Assembly (NCBI RefSeq): GCF_009914755.1
Contig: NC_060935.1
Source of the DNA: the human T2T-CHM13v2.0 reference genome, Homo sapiens
Length of the DNA: 64,000 bases
Strand: one strand, 5' to 3'
The notes below the pieces were generated by a model. The model saw only the letters and a list, made by a program, of their open reading frames with translations, searched no databases and was not told where the DNA came from. This document shows positions 50,958 to 64,000 of this stretch, piece by piece (position 1 is the stretch's first letter; the number at the start of each line of letters is the position of its first letter). The translations under genes were made by a program, and so were the position numbers.

Positions 50958-51399
50958 CAACAAAGAAATGTTTAAAGAATCTTCCCTGGACATAAGCCAT
51001 GCTGAATTGGTGACTCAGAGTTGGACATTTGGTGGGACGGAGAGGAGCCTGAAATTCATCCACCGTTGTATCTAGAACTTTTCTAACACTTGTCTGCTGG
51101 GCCCAGAGGGGAGGCCTGTGTCCTGGGTCTTGATGGACCAAAGAGGAGAATCAAGAATGGCAGGTATTGTACCCCAGTACTGGGGGAAGGGACTAACGAA
51201 CTATGTCTTTTATACACACACTCATAATATAGAAAATTTCAACGTGCCCCTATACCTCCATGTGGAAAAAACTAATCAAATCATGGTAAAGACTGTGTTG
51301 CGCATGAACTATGTGCACATACTCCCCACCTGGAACCAACGGAACTGTGAGCCAACAGATGCTTCCTCTGAGATGGTAAGTATGTCGTTGGGGTTGTAG
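50958..51399 (+). pseudogene. GLYAT-like exon D (C-terminal GNAT-fold half)
   Basis: cctacag|C-NKEMFKESSLDISHAELVTQSWTFGGTERSLKFIHRCI*NFSNTCLLGPEGRPVSWVLMDQRGESRMAG...WNQRNCEP. Single TAG at 51073-51075. The tail is ORF 51118..51399. Confidence 0.95.
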
Positions 51400-51536
51400 C
51401 TACTTGTAGGGACAGGAGGAAATTGGGGCAGATAAGCTTAGTCTGGAGAGTGCTAAGCACCTTGATTTTCTTGGGTAAAAACTTTAAAGTGATATGTTCA
51501 TAGGTTTATTTATTTATTCTTTCAAGATCTTAAGTT

Positions 51537-51920
51537 GTGTGGTAGATTGAGGTTTTATGACCCAATTTCTCATTTCTTCCCTGTAATGAAATTATACATT
51601 CATGCTCTCTGCCATGTGACTTCTCTGTGCCTTCCATTTGAGCAGGAAGACTCCACTTCCTACCTTCTTCATATTGGGCATTTGTTTTTGCCAATGGAAA
51701 TATGGGCAGAAGTGACAGCATGCCAGCTCTAAGCAGAGGCTACCTACTACTCCTGTGCTTCCACCATCCACTATGTGAGGAATGTGGATACATGTCAGAA
51801 TGAGGAGACTGTGGAATAGATATAGACTCAGCTCACAGCCTGAAGCAGAGTGAACCCACAGACCGGTGAGCAAGAAAAATAAATCGTTGTGGCTGTACGT
51901 CTCTGAGATTTGAAGTCACT
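51537..51920 (+). mobile_element. MLT1-type LTR
   Basis: 'tgtggtagattg...gtgagcaagaaaaataaatcgttgtggctgta'. Confidence 0.65.
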
Positions 51921-53114
51921 GAATCTGGATTTTCTGGATTTAGGCAGAATCCATTTACCACTGGGTAAGCAGGCAAGTCCTGGGGCCATCATTCTATGAG
52001 GATCCCAAAGTCCCTGGCTTAGAACTGGGCTACTACCCAGGAAGACAAACCCTTTTTAACTGCTTATGTCATGTTGCTGAAGTTAAAAGATATCACAGAT
52101 TCTGTGTTCTTCTTCTTTCTCAACCCATGCTACAATCACTTCACAATGCATCTGAAGATGTATAAAACAATGTGCAGGGTTAATTACAGAAGACACTGTA
52201 GTGTTCTTAGCCATTCTCTAATCTTAGCCATTCTCTAATCTTAGATGTTATTTTATAGCTCTTTCCTGTTACAAATTAGTACTGCTCTAAATTTTTTCTA
52301 AGTGGAGATTTTTTCTCTTCAAATAATTTCTTGTACTGGGTTCCAAGACCTAGGCTCTCTGCGTTGCCAGGGGTGTATGAACATCACTATGGCTCTCAGT
52401 CCATATGGCCTAAGTGCCCTCCACATGGATTCTGCTCAATGAATGAGTTTGTCACTTTCCTGCCACTTCCTCAGAATTAAGTTAACGCCATTTATTGAGC
52501 AGACAACTCTTAGAAAGATGCATATATGTGGCTGGTGTAAGCAGGAATTGAAGAGAGACAGCAGCCTCAGTTGCAAAAATGGTGGCCGTAACATACCAGG
52601 AGACCATCTAAGCAAGTAAAAGCAAACCTGTACACTTTACATATTATGTAAAAGCCAAACACAGTCATTCTTACCAACAGCCAATCTAGGAATATTTCTC
52701 TGTGTATGTCACTCAGACATTCCAGAATAGATAGTGCAACAGATGGGTATCTCTTACCACCTAGAGGGTAAAGAAACACAAAAAGGAGCTCTGCTCATTT
52801 CTTAAAAGAAGACTGTCTCCTAACCAGGGGAACTTTTAATTTTATTTTCACTTCCAGAGAACCAGGCAGAAAGCATTTTCATAGGAGTGACAACTTTGTC
52901 AAAAGTGGCAACATAAACCAAGGATGTTGAAAAACTCTTTTATTCATACATTTTCCTTTGTAGTTACATCTTCATATACCCTCGTCATGCCAGTCTTTTT
53001 AATGTAAACTCCCAGAAAACGTCAAGCTGTGTAATTTTAGAAACTAAAAGTTAAAGTTCCCTTCAACAACAACAGTTTTCACTTCTGTAGGCAGAATATT
53101 TAATCTACTGGCAT

Positions 53115-53410
53115 CTGGGAGCAGTGGCTCATGCCTGTAATCCCAGCACTTTGGGAGGCCAAGGTGGTTGTATCACTTGAAGTCAGGAGTTCAAGACCAG
53201 CCTCACCAACATGGTGAACCCCATCTCTACTAAAAATACAAAATTAGCTGGCCGTGTTGGTGCTCGCTTGTAGTCCTAGCTACTCAGGAGGCTGAGGTGT
53301 GAGACTTGCTTGAACCCAAGAGGCAGAGGTTGCAGTGAGCTGAGATTGCGCGACTGCACTCCAGCCTGGACGACAGAGCGACACTCTGTCTCAAAAATAA
53401 AGAAATAAAT
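53115..53410 (+). mobile_element. AluS
   Basis: TSD aatatttaa(t/c)ctactgg. Confidence 0.9.
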
Positions 53411-53814
53411 ATTTAACCTACTGGTAATGCTACATCTCAAATTCTTCTGACTACTTTATAGGTATTCTCCCTATCTAAGTCTTACTGAAAGAGGCCACGA
53501 TCATAAAAGACATGAATCAACGGGATGCTCTTCATTGCAGGAGGTCAGAGGGAGGTGGATGTTTCTATTCAGGAACTGGTGCTTTCAATGTCCAGCTGGG
53601 GACATCTAAATCTAAGAAGTTTTTTTTTTTTTTTAATTTTTTTAAAGGGACAGCTCTTAGATAAACCTTGAAAAGTGGGAAAGGGTATGATACTGCAGAG
53701 TAAAAAAAGATATTTGGAGCAGGGACTAGCATGAATAAAGGCACAAGGAATGAGCAAGCTTAAAGGGCATATAAAGTGGAGTTGAACACCTGGAAACAAC
53801 CAAAATGCCCATCA

Positions 53815-54332
53815 GTAGTGGAGTGAGTTAATTTTATATGTCAACCTGACTGGATCACAGGGTGCCTAGATGTTCAGCGAAACATTCTGGATGTGTCTGT
53901 GAAGGTGCTTCTGGATGAGATTGACATTTTAATCAGCAGACTGAGTAAAGCGGATTGCTCTCCCGAATGTGGGTGGACCTCTTTCAGTCAACTAAACATC
54001 TGAATAGAGCAAAAAGACTAAATAAGAGGGAAACTTCTCCTGCCTCACAGCTTGAGCTGGGACATCAGTCTTCTCAGGACCTTGGATTGGAACTTACACC
54101 ATTGGCTTTCCTTGTTTGGCTTTCCTGTTTCCAGCTTGCTAACTGCAGATCTTGGAAATTTTCGGCTTCCATAGTTACATGAGCCAATTCTTTATTATGA
54201 ATCTATACATACCTACATCTATATCTTTATGATGATATAAATAAAGACATAGATGTAGGTATGTATAGATTTATAATAAAGAATTATCTTTCTTCTATTG
54301 CTTTTTTTCCTTTGGGGAATCCTAATGCAATA
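53815..54332 (+). mobile_element. MLT2-type (ERVL) LTR
   Basis: 'gttaattttatatgtcaacctgactgg...gactgagtaaagcggattgctctccc'. Confidence 0.8.
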
Positions 54333-54459
54333 GATAACTGGTTGAATAAATTCTGGCACATACTTATGATGGGATATAAAAAGAAAAGGAAATGAGAAAT
54401 ATGTTTACTGTTAAGACATATTTCAGGGATATATGTTTCAGGAACAAAACAAGTACAGA

Positions 54460-54772
<313 letters not shown>

Positions 54773-54789
54773 AAAACAAGTACAGAGCA

Positions 54790-55764
54790 GTGTGTATATT
54801 TTGCTTCATCTTAGCAGCATATTAAAAAGTGGAAGGATAAACCAAAACTCATAAAAATGCTTAATATAGGGGGAGGGAGAATAAGGATAAAAGCGATAGG
54901 TATAAGCGCTAGATTTCTTTGGCTATAACTTGTCTTATAGATTTGACTTTGAAACAATATAAATGTTTTTCTTAAATATAAAATAAAATTAGATGAGATA
55001 TTAATGGGTATAAAAATACCATTAGAAAGAAGAAGATCTAGTGTTCAGAGGCACAATAGGGTAACTATAGTTAACAACAATTCATTGTATATTTTAAAAC
55101 ACATAAGAAAAGTAGAACTCGAATGTTCCTAACACAAAGAAATGATAAATGGTTGAGGTGATGGATATCCCAATTACCCTAATATGATCATTACATATTG
55201 TACGCTTGTATCAGAATATCACATGTACCCTGTAAATATATACAACTATCAGGTTTCCATTATAATTAAAAATTAAGAATAATAAATTAAAAATCAATCT
55301 CTTCAAGTCTAAAACAAAATGAAACATAAAGAAATTGTGTTTTAATACAGAAGGAGCAGGATTAAAAAAATTGTGTTTTAAGTTGATGATTGAATGATAC
55401 AGAAATAAATTATTACAATTGAATTTAAAGCACAGAAATTTAATATATGTCCCTAGTGTGATATATCTTAAAGATAAAAATAAATAAAAAGAAAACTAAA
55501 ATATTATTGTCAGTAATAACACTGTTAATAATAAGATTGTTATTGTTGTTTGGAAATACTATGTGTATAATACTATGTATTTATACACATGATTAGGTAA
55601 TTAAGCAAAAATGTTAATAATTTAAACAATTGTATTTATGTCATTAGGAACCAAGATTTTTACTGTAAAATAGAAAAATTACAAGTAAAAAACAAAGAAA
55701 TTAAGTAAAAGTTATATAATATGAAACTTGAATTAAAAAGATCAGTATATAAACTCATTATGAA
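54790..55764 (+). mobile_element. Old L1MC/ME remnant with a nested L1MA 3' end (~54995-55280)
   Basis: AT-rich L1M 3'UTR motifs. Confidence 0.6.
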
Positions 55765-60163
<4,399 letters not shown>

Positions 60164-60831
60164 CTTTTAAGTTTTTTTATGGGTATCTTGTCTTCTAGGG
60201 ATAAGTCTACAAGTTTACACCTGTTCTGGCAGTGAGGAGTACCTGGTAGGATCCTTTCCAGCATGGTTCCTGAGCAATCTGTCTCAGATTTCTTTCCTAG
60301 AATTACCTACTTTTAGGTTATGTGGGAACTAATCCTCTGTCTGATGGGACAAGACAGGCTGTACTTAATGAAAAATAATAGAGTGCAGTGGGTTAGTCTT
60401 TTAAAATATTTATCTACATCAGATTATAAGATGTTGGAATCCAGCATTGGTGGAGCTGTCACTTGTGATGTGGGCCTGCTGGTGAGCAGATCACAGGTGT
60501 ATTCATATAATGGCATAAGACTCAGAAAAAAATTGAATGAAATACTGATATATTGAACAGCATGGATGTGTTTCACAGGTATTTTAATGAATAGAAATAT
60601 CAGACACTAAAAAGAATACCCACTATAAGATGCTAATCACAAAATAAATCTTAACAGTTGTAGGGATGTGAATTGATTGAAGTAAGTTTCAGAGATTATG
60701 TTGTTGTAATTTTTAAAGTAATGCAAATTACATAAATGCAAGCTTGTTTTAATCCCATGGAACTGTAAATTAAGATCTCTGTGTGTATAAAATATATCTC
60801 ATTAAAGAGAGAAAGAATAAGAAAGATTCTC

Positions 60832-61196
<365 letters not shown>

Positions 61197-61708
61197 TTAT
61201 TTAATTTGTCCTTCTAATTAAAGGCTATTTTACTATGCTTGTTATTCTAGATCCAAGAACACTTCTTGCACCTCTAGTACATTACTTCTCTGTCTGCTAA
61301 GTATGTGAGGTTGCTAATGAGAAGCCTGAATCAATGTGGTTCTTAGTTTTCTGATCAAAACCAGTGACTCTGAAACCTTGTAAATGCTTGTCTTCACCAT
61401 TGGTGGTCTAAAATCAACATGAAATATTGAATGAGTGATTCCTCCATTCAGTCTTAAGTTGGTTTTTTGAAGCATAAGTCACTCTTCAGATCTACTGTTT
61501 CCTTCACCTCTTTTTTCTTTTCCTCCCTTTAAATTGTTTTCATCTCTCTGTTTGCCCTGTTCTCCTATTTTTGGAATGCCATTTAAATGGGCATTCAAAC
61601 TTGTCAATCTGTTACTCATTTATCTTATCTTTTCCGTCATATTTTCCCACCTTTCTTCATTTTGTGTGGTGTTCACAGCATACTTTCTGCTAGATCTTCT
61701 AGCTTTCT

Positions 61709-62001
<293 letters not shown>

Positions 62002-62117
62002 TCTAGCTTTCTAATTATCTATGAGCTGTGTCCACCTGGCTATTCAGTTCATATATTAAGATTTTAATTCAGAGTTCTAATATTTAGTTTTTAGAATCTC
62101 TGATTCATTTTTATTCA

Positions 62118-64000
<1,883 letters not shown>

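Overview
Repeat-dense primate genomic DNA, very probably human because of an AluYb8 at 54460-54772. It has no intact protein-coding gene. The only gene-derived sequence is an intron-containing, multiply disabled glycine N-acyltransferase (GLYAT-family) pseudogene on the + strand, with four recognisable exons between 44.5 and 51.4 kb that the ORF track mostly hides. The rest is a mosaic of L1, Alu, MIR and ERV/MaLR LTRs. Notable structures: (1) a ~9 kb layered SATR-type satellite of double-hairpin monomers inside the palindrome of one TSD-flanked MER51A solo LTR; (2) a circularly permuted THE1 element (internal-LTR-internal) resembling a captured one-LTR circle; (3) convergent CTCF motifs bracketing the satellite; (4) several templated or fold-back repair scars. 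Repeat family names and GLYAT comparisons come from recalled consensus sequences, not from a database search. Boundaries of older repeats are approximate.
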